Shown one piece after another: positions 55,212 through 64,000 of a stretch of 64,000 bases of DNA (within the stretch, counting starts at the first letter, position 1; each line of letters opens with the position of its first letter). The notes beneath the pieces were generated by a model that searched no databases, had not been told where the DNA came from, and saw only the letters and a list, made by a program, of their open reading frames with translations. This DNA is from an uncultured Nitrospiraceae bacterium. GTDB lineage: Bacteria; Nitrospirota; Thermodesulfovibrionia; Thermodesulfovibrionales; Dissulfurispiraceae. Location: contig CAVPIW010000005.1 of assembly GCA_963705105.1 (NCBI GenBank), positions 96,001 through 160,000 on the forward strand. Reading direction: 5' to 3'. Both the position numbers and the translations under genes were made by a program.

Positions 55212-57868
55212 CAGTGCGCCTCCTTTGCCAGTATGTTCGCTGCATCCTGTATAAGGCACAGGGTACCGTGGTACCCTGTGGTGATCCCGTTCGCATGGCC
55301 GAAGATCCTGTAGACGGGGAACCCCGCCTGGAGCAGCGGAGTGCCCAGTCGCGCCGCCGTGTCTTCAGCGTGGGAATTCGATATGAGCAGGTCGAACTCT
55401 CCTTCGATCGAAAAGAGGTCGCCCACCATGACGCGGTCCGCCCGGATCAGCCCTGCAGCGGCGGAAGAAACAGGCACGACGGCAAGGGGTATATCTGCGG
55501 CCATCTCTGCCAGCCAGTGCGAGGTCTGCAGTGCGTGGTCCGGATCGAGGGCGATGCAGACCCTCTTTCTTCCAAAATGGATATGGGCGTCCCTCATGCC
55601 GTCCACGAGGATTCTCCGCTGCCTCCCGTAACGCGCCGGCACCGGCTTGCCGCCGAGCATGGAGAGCGTCTCCATAAAGCGGTCCGTGTCTTCCAGGCCT
55701 GAAAGGCTGTGAAAGACCCTGTACCCGATGCCGAACCGCTCATTCAGAACCCGGGCCGCCGGTTCCAGACTCCCGCCGAGCACGAGTGTGAACCCGGCAG
55801 AGCCCATGGACTCCACCTCCTCAATGTCCGTCCCTCCCGATGCAAGCGGAGATATGCCCTCCCTGCTTCCGTCGAGACAGGAGAGATCGGGCAGCATGAC
55901 CGGTCTCAACCCGAAGGCCTCCGCCGTCTCCCTCAGTTCGAGAAAGTCCGCAGGGGTCAGATGGGAACCAGCCATGATATTCACTTTGCCGGGACTGCGG
56001 CCGGGATGTCCGGTTGTCTTGTTTCCGACGACAGTCCGGACAAGGGCCTCGACGGCCCTTGCGTACCCCTCCTCCAGGCCTCCCTCGTAATCCGGCGTCG
56101 GCACATGGATAATCCTTGTCTCTGCCCCATCGCTCCGGGATTTTACCGTGAGTCTCCTGACCACGGCCGGCACGTCATCGCCCTTCACCTCCGTCAGGCC
56201 GGAGGTGAGGACACCGATCACGTCGGGGCCGTTCTTGTCTTTGAACTCGCGGACTGTCGCCTCCAGCCGCTCTTCGCTGCCCATAACCGCATCCTCGACG
56301 AATATTTTCGTGCTCCCGAGGGCCACGGGTTCTCTAAAATGCTTCGTCAGGAGCACCTTTGCGAGGAAGGTGCACCCCTGAGCGCCGTGTAGCACGGGCA
56401 GCGCGTTGTGGATGCCCTGGAAGGCCATGGCTGCGCCGATCGAGGCGGAGTGCTTCAGGGGATCGATGAGGACGTTCCGCGTACTCTCCGCCTTCACAGG
56501 CACGCCTTTTCCCGCGCCCGCCTGCGGTCTTCCTCCTCCATCTGCCCTCTCATAGAACCTGATGCTGTTGCTGATCTGTTCCGCGAGGTTGACGAGACCG
56601 TCATAGCCTGCATAGGCGACGTGGCGCTCCTGGTTCACATCGACGAAGGGGTAGCCCTCCTTGATCGCCAGATACTGGTTTCTGCCTCCCGCCACGAGGA
56701 TGTGAGCGCCGCGCTCCGTCAGGAGCCTCTTGAGGTTCTTCGGCGTCACGTCCTCCACGAGCGGGGCCTCCTCACCCATGATCTCTCTCATCTTCTCCTC
56801 ATCCTCAAAGGTGCTCTTCTTCGTCCCGACGGCAACGATCTCAATGCCGAGGTCCATGAGCGCCGATATGAAGGACCAGCTTTTGACACCCCCCGTGTAG
56901 AGCACGGCTTTCTTCCCTCTGAGGTGCTCATAGGACTCGATCTTCGCGGACAGCGCCGATTCCTCCGTGGCGATGACCCTTTCGACCTGTTCAGACAGGT
57001 CCGCCATCCCACCTACGGCTTTTGCCGTCTGCGCCATTTTTCTCAGCGCCTTCGCCATCTCCGTTTTTCCGAAGAACGACACCTCCGCATAGGGTATGCC
57101 GTATCTCTGCTCCATCCCTTTGGCGACGTTGATCAGCGCCCTGCTGCAGACGACCACGTTCAGATTTGCCCGGTGCGCCCATGTGATTTCTTCAAAGGCG
57201 GCGTCGCCCGTCATGCGAGACAGCACGTTGAACCCCGCCCTCTTCAGCACCGGCTCGACGAGCCAGAGGTCTCCGGCGATGTTGTATTCGCCGATGAGGT
57301 TGATGTCGACCGTCAGCCCTTTTCCGTCGGAGAAAACCAAAGGAGGCGGAGGTTCTCCAGTCCCTATGACATAGTTCAGCAGGACCTCCCCGGCGATGCG
57401 GTTACCGAGGTTCTTGGGGCCCACAAACCCGGCAGCGTCAACGGGTATCACCCGTATGCCGAGCTCCGCCCCGGCCTCCTTGCAGACCGCCTCCATGTCC
57501 TCGCCGATCAGACCGGACACACAGGTGGAGTAGACGAATATCGCCTTCGGCTTCATCCTGCGATGTATCTCCCTGATTGCCGCCGAGAGTTTCGTCCCGG
57601 CGCCATAGACGATGTCCAGCTCGCCCATGTCCGTCGTGAATCCTCTCCTGTGGAGAGTCCCGCGGTGTGAACGGGTGCCCCTGCCTTCCCAGGAGTTGCC
57701 GCAGCAGGCGATCGGGCCGTGGACGAGATGGGCCGTATCTGCGATCGGCTGGAGCACGATCATGGCCCCGTCAAAGGCGCAGGACTCGCCTCCCCGGGAT
57801 CGGCAGATCTTGTCGCTCTTTTCCGTTGCACAGCCATGTTCCATCAATGTATCGACACTTTTTCTCAT
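55211..57868 (-). CDS. nifEN: Fused NifE-NifN scaffold
   Basis: NifE: CAFDGA, HGPIAC, YTGGVKSWS, NQER; NifN: PLKHS..IGA, HGAQGCT, SLDG, GFP. Confidence 0.92.
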   Translation of the reverse strand: MRKSVDTLMEHGCATEKSDKICRSRGGESCAFDGAMIVLQPIADTAHLVHGPIACCGNSWEGRGTRSHRGTLHRRGFTTDMGELDIVYGAGTKLSAAIREIHRRMKPKAIFVYSTCVSGLIGEDMEAVCKEAGAELGIRVIPVDAAGFVGPKNLGNRIAGEVLLNYVIGTGEPPPPLVFSDGKGLTVDINLIGEYNIAGDLWLVEPVLKRAGFNVLSRMTGDAAFEEITWAHRANLNVVVCSRALINVAKGMEQRYGIPYAEVSFFGKTEMAKALRKMAQTAKAVGGMADLSEQVERVIATEESALSAKIESYEHLRGKKAVLYTGGVKSWSFISALMDLGIEIVAVGTKKSTFEDEEKMREIMGEEAPLVEDVTPKNLKRLLTERGAHILVAGGRNQYLAIKEGYPFVDVNQERHVAYAGYDGLVNLAEQISNSIRFYERADGGGRPQAGAGKGVPVKAESTRNVLIDPLKHSASIGAAMAFQGIHNALPVLHGAQGCTFLAKVLLTKHFREPVALGSTKIFVEDAVMGSEERLEATVREFKDKNGPDVIGVLTSGLTEVKGDDVPAVVRRLTVKSRSDGAETRIIHVPTPDYEGGLEEGYARAVEALVRTVVGNKTTGHPGRSPGKVNIMAGSHLTPADFLELRETAEAFGLRPVMLPDLSCLDGSREGISPLASGGTDIEEVESMGSAGFTLVLGGSLEPAARVLNERFGIGYRVFHSLSGLEDTDRFMETLSMLGGKPVPARYGRQRRILVDGMRDAHIHFGRKRVCIALDPDHALQTSHWLAEMAADIPLAVVPVSSAAAGLIRADRVMVGDLFSIEGEFDLLISNSHAEDTAARLGTPLLQAGFPVYRIFGHANGITTGYHGTLCLIQDAANILAKEAH

Positions 57869-58061
57869 TATTGTCCACCTTTCTATGCCGCACGGGGACA
57901 GGGCATGATTTCTTCGCGAAATAAACTGCCTCAGTGCTTTGTCTTGCCTTGTTATTGAGTCATGCCTTCCCGCAGGCACACTGTGCGGCTCCCGCTTCGG
58001 CTCCGCCGTCGACTCCCGCCGCAGTTCACATTACCCGCTTCGCTTCAGAAACAATACCCTG

Positions 58062-58241
58062 TCCTCGTTAGGAAAGGCGGGGCGAAGATGCCGAAAAGCC
58101 TTGGTGCTGCGAAACCCTGGCCGTCACAAAGTCAACGTTTCAGAACGATGCCTGATAAATTGATCCATTTTCTGACACTTACACTCACACTGACACTATT
58201 TCAGAGCGCTTTGTCCCGCCTTTCCGCACAACTGCAAGGTT
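58062..58241 (+). repeat. ~200-bp palindromic repeat family, subtype A
   Basis: GGAAAGGCGGGGCGAAGATGCCGAAAAGCCTTGGTGCTGCGAAACC...ACACTCACACTGACACT...CAACTGCAAGGTT. Confidence 0.85.
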
Positions 58242-58248
58242 TTCCTTA

Positions 58249-59760
58249 TCACCGTATGACATCAAAGCTCGTCGTATGCATCGTCTTCCTGTCCATCTCG
58301 TCGAGCACCGTGTTCACCACCATGGTCACCAGGTTGATGACGCCCTGATATCCGATGACAGGATAGCGGTGCAGGTGGTGCCGGTCGAAGAGCGGGAACC
58401 CGACCCTGATCAGCGGCGTGCCCGTGTCCCTCCAGAGGAACTTCGCGTAGGAGTTGCCGATAAGAAGATCGACGGGTTCCGTGAACATGAGAGACCTCAG
58501 GTGCCACATATCCTTGTTGATATGCACCTTGCCGTCGGCTCCGAAAGGGCTTTCGGCGAGGAGGGCATAGGCCTCTTCCTCGAACTTCCTGTCTCCGTTG
58601 GTACAGACGATGTGCACCGGCATGGCCCCCATCTCGAGGAGAAAGCCGATCATGCCCAGAAGCTGGTCCGGGTCTCCGACGAGGGCGAACCTTTTCCCGT
58701 GCACGTAGGCATGGGAGTCGACCATGGCATCCACGGCGCGACCGCGCTCATCCTCGATCTCCCGCGGGACGGGCTTTCCGGTGATCTCCGACAATTCCTC
58801 GAAGAACCTGTCTGTGTTCCTTATGCCGATCATCGGCATCGCCGTCGCCTTCTGGCCCCACTCCTTCCTGATATACTCCATGGTCTTGGTGGTCGAGTAT
58901 TTCTGGAGAGCGATCGTCGCAAGGCTGTTGACCGAATCCGCAGCCTCCTCAAGCGGCGTCCCCCCGGGGTAGAGCCTGTATTCGCCCGTGTTGGGGGAGT
59001 CGAAGGAGGCGCTCGCGTCGGAAAGGAGTGTGTACCCGACATCCATGATCTTCATAAGCCTCTTGATCTCATGGTAGTCGCCGGTATAGGTGTCGAATCC
59101 CATGATGAGATTGACCCTGCCGTTCGGTGCGCCTTTTTTGCCTGCCGTCACCGCCGTCAGGATGCCCTTCATCATGTTGTCGTACCCGGTGATGTGGGAA
59201 CCGACAAAACTGGGCGTATGGGCAAAGGGCACGGGAAGGTCCTTCGGGATGAGCTGCTTCTCCCTTGCCGTCTTGATGTAGGCGTTCAGGTCGTCGCCGA
59301 TCACTTCAGTCATGCAGGTGGTGCAGACCGACAGCATCTTCGGTTTATAGAGGCTGTGCGCGTTCTCTATGCCTTCGAGCATGTTGTTCAGCCCGCCGAA
59401 GACCGCGGCATCCTCGGTCATGGATGTCGACACGGCAGCCATGGGTTCCTTGAAATGCCTATTCAGATGGCTTCTGAAGTAGGCGACGCATCCCTGGGCG
59501 CCCTGGACGAAAGGCAGTGTGCCGTCGAACCCCGAGGAGCAGAAGATCGCTCCCAGGGGCTGGCACGCCTTCGCCGGGTTGATCTTGATGTTCTTCCGTT
59601 TGAAGTTGAGCTCCCTGTATTCCTCGCTCTTTGTCCACTCCGCGACCTTCCTGACCTCTTCCTCCGTCGGGCCGTTCTCGAACTCCTTCTTATCTTCAAA
59701 CTGCCTGCAATAAGCCTCTTCCAGGAACAGCTCGTTGTGGTCTTTTATCTTCAGTGTCAT
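58249..59760 (-). CDS. nifK: Nitrogenase MoFe protein beta subunit
   Basis: NPAKACQPLGA, QGCVAYFRSHL.RHFKEP, TCMTEVIGDD, GFPLFDRHHLHR. Confidence 0.97.
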   Translation of the reverse strand: MTLKIKDHNELFLEEAYCRQFEDKKEFENGPTEEEVRKVAEWTKSEEYRELNFKRKNIKINPAKACQPLGAIFCSSGFDGTLPFVQGAQGCVAYFRSHLNRHFKEPMAAVSTSMTEDAAVFGGLNNMLEGIENAHSLYKPKMLSVCTTCMTEVIGDDLNAYIKTAREKQLIPKDLPVPFAHTPSFVGSHITGYDNMMKGILTAVTAGKKGAPNGRVNLIMGFDTYTGDYHEIKRLMKIMDVGYTLLSDASASFDSPNTGEYRLYPGGTPLEEAADSVNSLATIALQKYSTTKTMEYIRKEWGQKATAMPMIGIRNTDRFFEELSEITGKPVPREIEDERGRAVDAMVDSHAYVHGKRFALVGDPDQLLGMIGFLLEMGAMPVHIVCTNGDRKFEEEAYALLAESPFGADGKVHINKDMWHLRSLMFTEPVDLLIGNSYAKFLWRDTGTPLIRVGFPLFDRHHLHRYPVIGYQGVINLVTMVVNTVLDEMDRKTMHTTSFDVIR

Positions 59761-59793
59761 TGTTACCTCCCTGCAGTGTTCGGAGAATTGCTT

Positions 59794-59842
59794 AAACCTT
59801 ATCGTTGCATATGCGCTCAGGAAAGGCGGGGCGAAGGCGCCC
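59794..59842 (+). repeat. Left end only of the ~200-bp repeat family
   Basis: AAACCTTATCGTTGCA...GGAAAGGCGGGGCGAAGGCGCC. Confidence 0.75.
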
Positions 59843-59860
59843 GGGCCCGCCGGATCGACG

Positions 59861-61288
59861 TCATTTCTTTTTCCGTATCAGGTTCCACGTCGGGCTGTTC
59901 ACGGTCATGTCCATGTCCCTTGCGAAGACGGGGAACCCGTCGAACCCGTGATAGGGACCCGAATAGTCCCAGGAGTGCATCTGCCTGAAGGGCACCCCCA
60001 TTTTATGATAGGAGTATTTCTCCTTGATGCCCGAGCCGACCATGTCCGGTTTCAACCTCCGGGTGAACTCTTCCAGCTCATAGAGGGTGGCGTCGTCCAT
60101 GATCACGGCGCCCTCTTTCACCTCCGGATAGGTCCTTTTGTAGTCATCGTTATGGCCGAATTCGTATCCCGACGCCACCACTTCCATGCCGAGGTCTTCA
60201 TAGGCGCCGATAGTATGCCTTGGTCTCAGACCACCCACATAGAGCATCACCTTCTTGCCCTCGAGGCGCGGCCTGTACTCGGCGATGACAGCATCCATCA
60301 CCGGCTTATACTTCTCTATCATTTTCTCGGCCTTTTCCCTGATCGTGTCGTCGAAATAGGACGCGATCTTCCGGATGCTCTGATAGATCTTCGTCGGCCC
60401 GAAGAAGTTGAACTCCACCCAGGGGATGCCGTACTGCTCCTCCATATGCCTGCATATATAGTTCATCGACCGGTAGCAGTGGATGAGGTTCAGCTTCGCC
60501 TTGTGCGCGATGCCGAGCTCGTTCACCGACGCGTCGCCCGTCCACTGGGCGATCACCCTCAGGCCCATCTCTTCGAGCATCTTCCGCGACGCCCAGGCAT
60601 CGCCGCCGATGTTGTAGTCGCCGATGAGGGCCACGTCATACGGGGTCGTCTTCTCGAGGGTGCCTTTGCCCATCACATAGTCCCTGATCGTGTCGTTCGC
60701 GATGTGATGACCGAGGGACTGGCTTACACCCCTGAAGCCTTCGCACCGCACCGGCACGATGGGCATCATGAACTCCTTCTCCACCTTCTTTGATACCGCT
60801 TCTATATCGTCTCCTATGAGGCCGACAGGGCACTCGGAAAGAATGCCGATGCCCTTTGCAAGCGGAAAAAGCTCCTTCAGCTCATGAAGAGCGGCATCGA
60901 GGCCCTTGTCCCCTCCGTAGACGATGTCTTTTTCCTGAAAGTCCGTCGTGATATGCATGGTGCCGAAGGTGTCGACTCCGGTCCGGCCGTTATAGTAGTT
61001 CCTCCGCGACCACCAGCTGTACTGACCGCACCCGACAGGGCCATGGCTGATGGTGAGCTGGTCCTTGACGGGGCCCCAGACGACGCCCTTCGCTCCCGCA
61101 TAGGCACACCCTCTGACCGTCATAACGCCGGGACGGGACTTGATGTTCGACTTCACCTGGCAGGCGCTGCACTGCCCTGTCGGGTCGTTTGCCGCGAGGT
61201 GCTTTGCCCTGTCCTTTTTTGCCTTTTCAGGATAGGCGTCGAGGACCTCCTCGATCATCTTCTGTGTATCTTTAATGGCTGTGCTCAC
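59861..61288 (-). CDS. nifD: Nitrogenase MoFe protein alpha subunit
   Basis: [52 protein letters not shown] start with SD AAGGAG. Confidence 0.97.
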   Translation of the reverse strand: MSTAIKDTQKMIEEVLDAYPEKAKKDRAKHLAANDPTGQCSACQVKSNIKSRPGVMTVRGCAYAGAKGVVWGPVKDQLTISHGPVGCGQYSWWSRRNYYNGRTGVDTFGTMHITTDFQEKDIVYGGDKGLDAALHELKELFPLAKGIGILSECPVGLIGDDIEAVSKKVEKEFMMPIVPVRCEGFRGVSQSLGHHIANDTIRDYVMGKGTLEKTTPYDVALIGDYNIGGDAWASRKMLEEMGLRVIAQWTGDASVNELGIAHKAKLNLIHCYRSMNYICRHMEEQYGIPWVEFNFFGPTKIYQSIRKIASYFDDTIREKAEKMIEKYKPVMDAVIAEYRPRLEGKKVMLYVGGLRPRHTIGAYEDLGMEVVASGYEFGHNDDYKRTYPEVKEGAVIMDDATLYELEEFTRRLKPDMVGSGIKEKYSYHKMGVPFRQMHSWDYSGPYHGFDGFPVFARDMDMTVNSPTWNLIRKKK

Positions 61289-61423
61289 TCGTTTCTCCTT
61301 TTTGCAGGACGAGGACTTCAGCATTTATATGCCGCCCGGCTGAAGCTCCTCATCCCTCCGCTGTATGGTTACTACGGAAACCAGACGACCAACGCACCGA
61401 CGGGGGCGTCGTCTTCAGCACGT

Positions 61424-61462
61424 TTAGGCGCTTTGCCCCACCTTTTCACGCAACCGCAAAGT

Positions 61463-61463
<1 letters not shown>
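61424..61463 (+). repeat. Right end only of the ~200-bp repeat family
   Basis: GCGCTTTGCCCCACCTTTTCACGCAACCGCAAAGTT abutting the nifH stop. Confidence 0.7.
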
Positions 61464-62467
<1,004 letters not shown>

Positions 62468-62512
62468 TCATCTTTCTCCTGACCCCCCGCCCGCCAGGGG
62501 GGACAAAAGCGT

Positions 62513-62716
62513 TAACCTTATCGTTGCAATACACTCCCGGGAAAGGCGGGGCTGGGGTGAATGCGCCGAAAACCTTGCTGCGGCGACACCAATGCCTTCC
62601 ATGAAAACCATTCACCCGACGGCTGAAAAAAGGTGAGCCTTTGCAGACACTCACACTGTCACTGACGCTGTTCTTCAGAGCGCTTCGCCCCGCCTTTTCA
62701 TGCAACAGAACGGTTA
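62513..62716 (+). repeat. ~200-bp palindromic repeat family, subtype A, both termini present
   Basis: TAACCTTATCGTTGCA ... TGCAACAGAACGGTTA termini; inner GAAAGGCGGGGC / GCCCCGCCTTTTC inverted repeat. Confidence 0.88.
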
Positions 62717-62961
62717 AAAGGGACGGATCGCGGGGACCGGAAAAAACTTGACATGATATGATAAAAAAAGTATATAGTACACTGCTGAAAAATACGGGAT
62801 TTCATCGGAATCGTCACGCAATTGAACAGACGGCGCAATTCCGCCATGGTGCAGGTAATGAACGGTTCTCCGTGTCAAAGGTCCTGAAATAAAAGGCCGG
62901 CCGGAGGGCCTTTCCGTACAAAACACGATGTGTCAAGCATCAACGCGATGGGAGATTAAGG

Positions 62962-64000
62962 ATGTCAGAAAAGGTCTATCGTTATTGGAACAATGAGATG
63001 TTAGAGGATGTCACCCCTCTGAAATACGGCGACAAGGACCTTGCCGCCGTCATCGGATGGGGAGGCGTCCAGATCTTTGACCCTGCGGTCGATATCGTAG
63101 AGCTCTGCTATGAATACGCGAAGGCCGTTCAGGGTTATTCCTGCGGGCAATGCACACCGTGCAGGGCGGGGACGCGGGTCATACAGGACCTCCTTGGAAA
63201 GATCAGAGAGGGCTACGGCAGGGAGAACGATCTGGACCTCATCAAATCCCTCGCCCAGACCATTTCTGATGCTTCCATGTGCGAGATCGGCAAAAGCTCT
63301 CCGCCTGCCTTCATCCATATGATCGACACCTTCAGGGATGAATTCGTCAAGGCCATCCAGAAGAAGGAGACGAAGAGCAACGGGTACCAGTTCGGCTCCA
63401 TCGTGACCGCTCCCTGCCAGCAGGCATGCCCCATTCACCTGAACATCCCGAAATACATCGAGGAGATCAAGTTTGGCCGCTACGAGGATTCACTGAATGT
63501 GATCAGGGAGAGACTGCCCCTTCCCGGTGTCGTCGGGAGGGTCTGCGTACGTCCTTGTGAATTCAACTGCCGGAGGGCCCTCATCGACGAGCCGATACAG
63601 ATCAAGCACCTCAAACGGTTCGTCGCCGACTTCGAGCTTGAGCGCGGCGGCGGCCCCCTCTGGGAGCAGGGCTCCCGGAATAATATCAGGGTCGCCATTG
63701 TCGGGGCCGGTCCCGCAGGGGTTTCCTGCGCATGTTTCCTGGCCCAGATGGGGTACGATGTGACGATCTATGAGATGCTCCCAGAGCCGGGCGGCATGGC
63801 TGCCGTCGGCATCCCCGATTACCGTCTGCCGAGGGCTATCCTGCAGGGAGAAATCAAGAATGTCGAGGACCTGGGTGTGAAGATCGAATACGGCAAGGCC
63901 CTGGGCATCCATTTCACCCTCGAGGACCTCGAAAAGGAAGGGTTCAAGGCCATCTTCATCGGCATGGGCTGCCATTGCCATAAAGCCATGGGCGTCGAGG
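62962..64000 (+). CDS. SfrB/GltD-like NAD(P)H flavin-FeS oxidoreductase with N-terminal NuoF-type 4Fe-4S domain (runs off the window; absent from the ORF track)
   Basis: Own translation from ATG 62962: SCGQCTPCRAG, APCQQACP, GRVCVRPCEFNCRR, VAIVGAGPAG, GIPDYRLP. Confidence 0.8.
   Translation, partial: MSEKVYRYWNNEMLEDVTPLKYGDKDLAAVIGWGGVQIFDPAVDIVELCYEYAKAVQGYSCGQCTPCRAGTRVIQDLLGKIREGYGRENDLDLIKSLAQTISDASMCEIGKSSPPAFIHMIDTFRDEFVKAIQKKETKSNGYQFGSIVTAPCQQACPIHLNIPKYIEEIKFGRYEDSLNVIRERLPLPGVVGRVCVRPCEFNCRRALIDEPIQIKHLKRFVADFELERGGGPLWEQGSRNNIRVAIVGAGPAGVSCACFLAQMGYDVTIYEMLPEPGGMAAVGIPDYRLPRAILQGEIKNVEDLGVKIEYGKALGIHFTLEDLEKEGFKAIFIGMGCHCHKAMGVE

Overview
GC-rich bacterial chromosomal window from an anaerobe. 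Gene content suggests a Thermodesulfovibrionia/Nitrospirota- or deltaproteobacteria-like organism (inference). From left to right it holds: the AT-richer end of an integrative element (excisionase-like HTH, leaderless HTH, tyrosine integrase) at a tRNA-Ala; housekeeping genes (atpB/atpE, purD, split purH, radC, metG, holB, tmk, a core methionine synthase); a type IV pilus locus with two paralogous minor-pilin sets, one in an AT-rich cassette flanked by 67-bp direct repeats, plus pilA, pilSR and pilC; a C1/Wood-Ljungdahl methyl-branch block (hdrCBA-mvhD[Sec]-metV-metF-cooC-ygfA-folE-folD); argD-argF, rpiB-glyA-nrdR, tRNA-Gln and tRNA-Glu followed by a decayed islet; and a Mo-nitrogenase cluster (nifH-D-K-EN-X-I1-I2-fdx-B-V, sigma54 promoter) with a divergent SfrB/GltD-like oxidoreductase cut by the window edge. 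The main unexplained structures are (1) a ~200-bp palindromic repeat family found in every sizeable intergenic gap of the nif operon in one orientation, (2) the repeat-flanked alternative minor-pilin cassette, and (3) a MITE present once intact and once as two halves around a 2.1-kb insert. All calls come from reading the sequence by eye; no searches were run.
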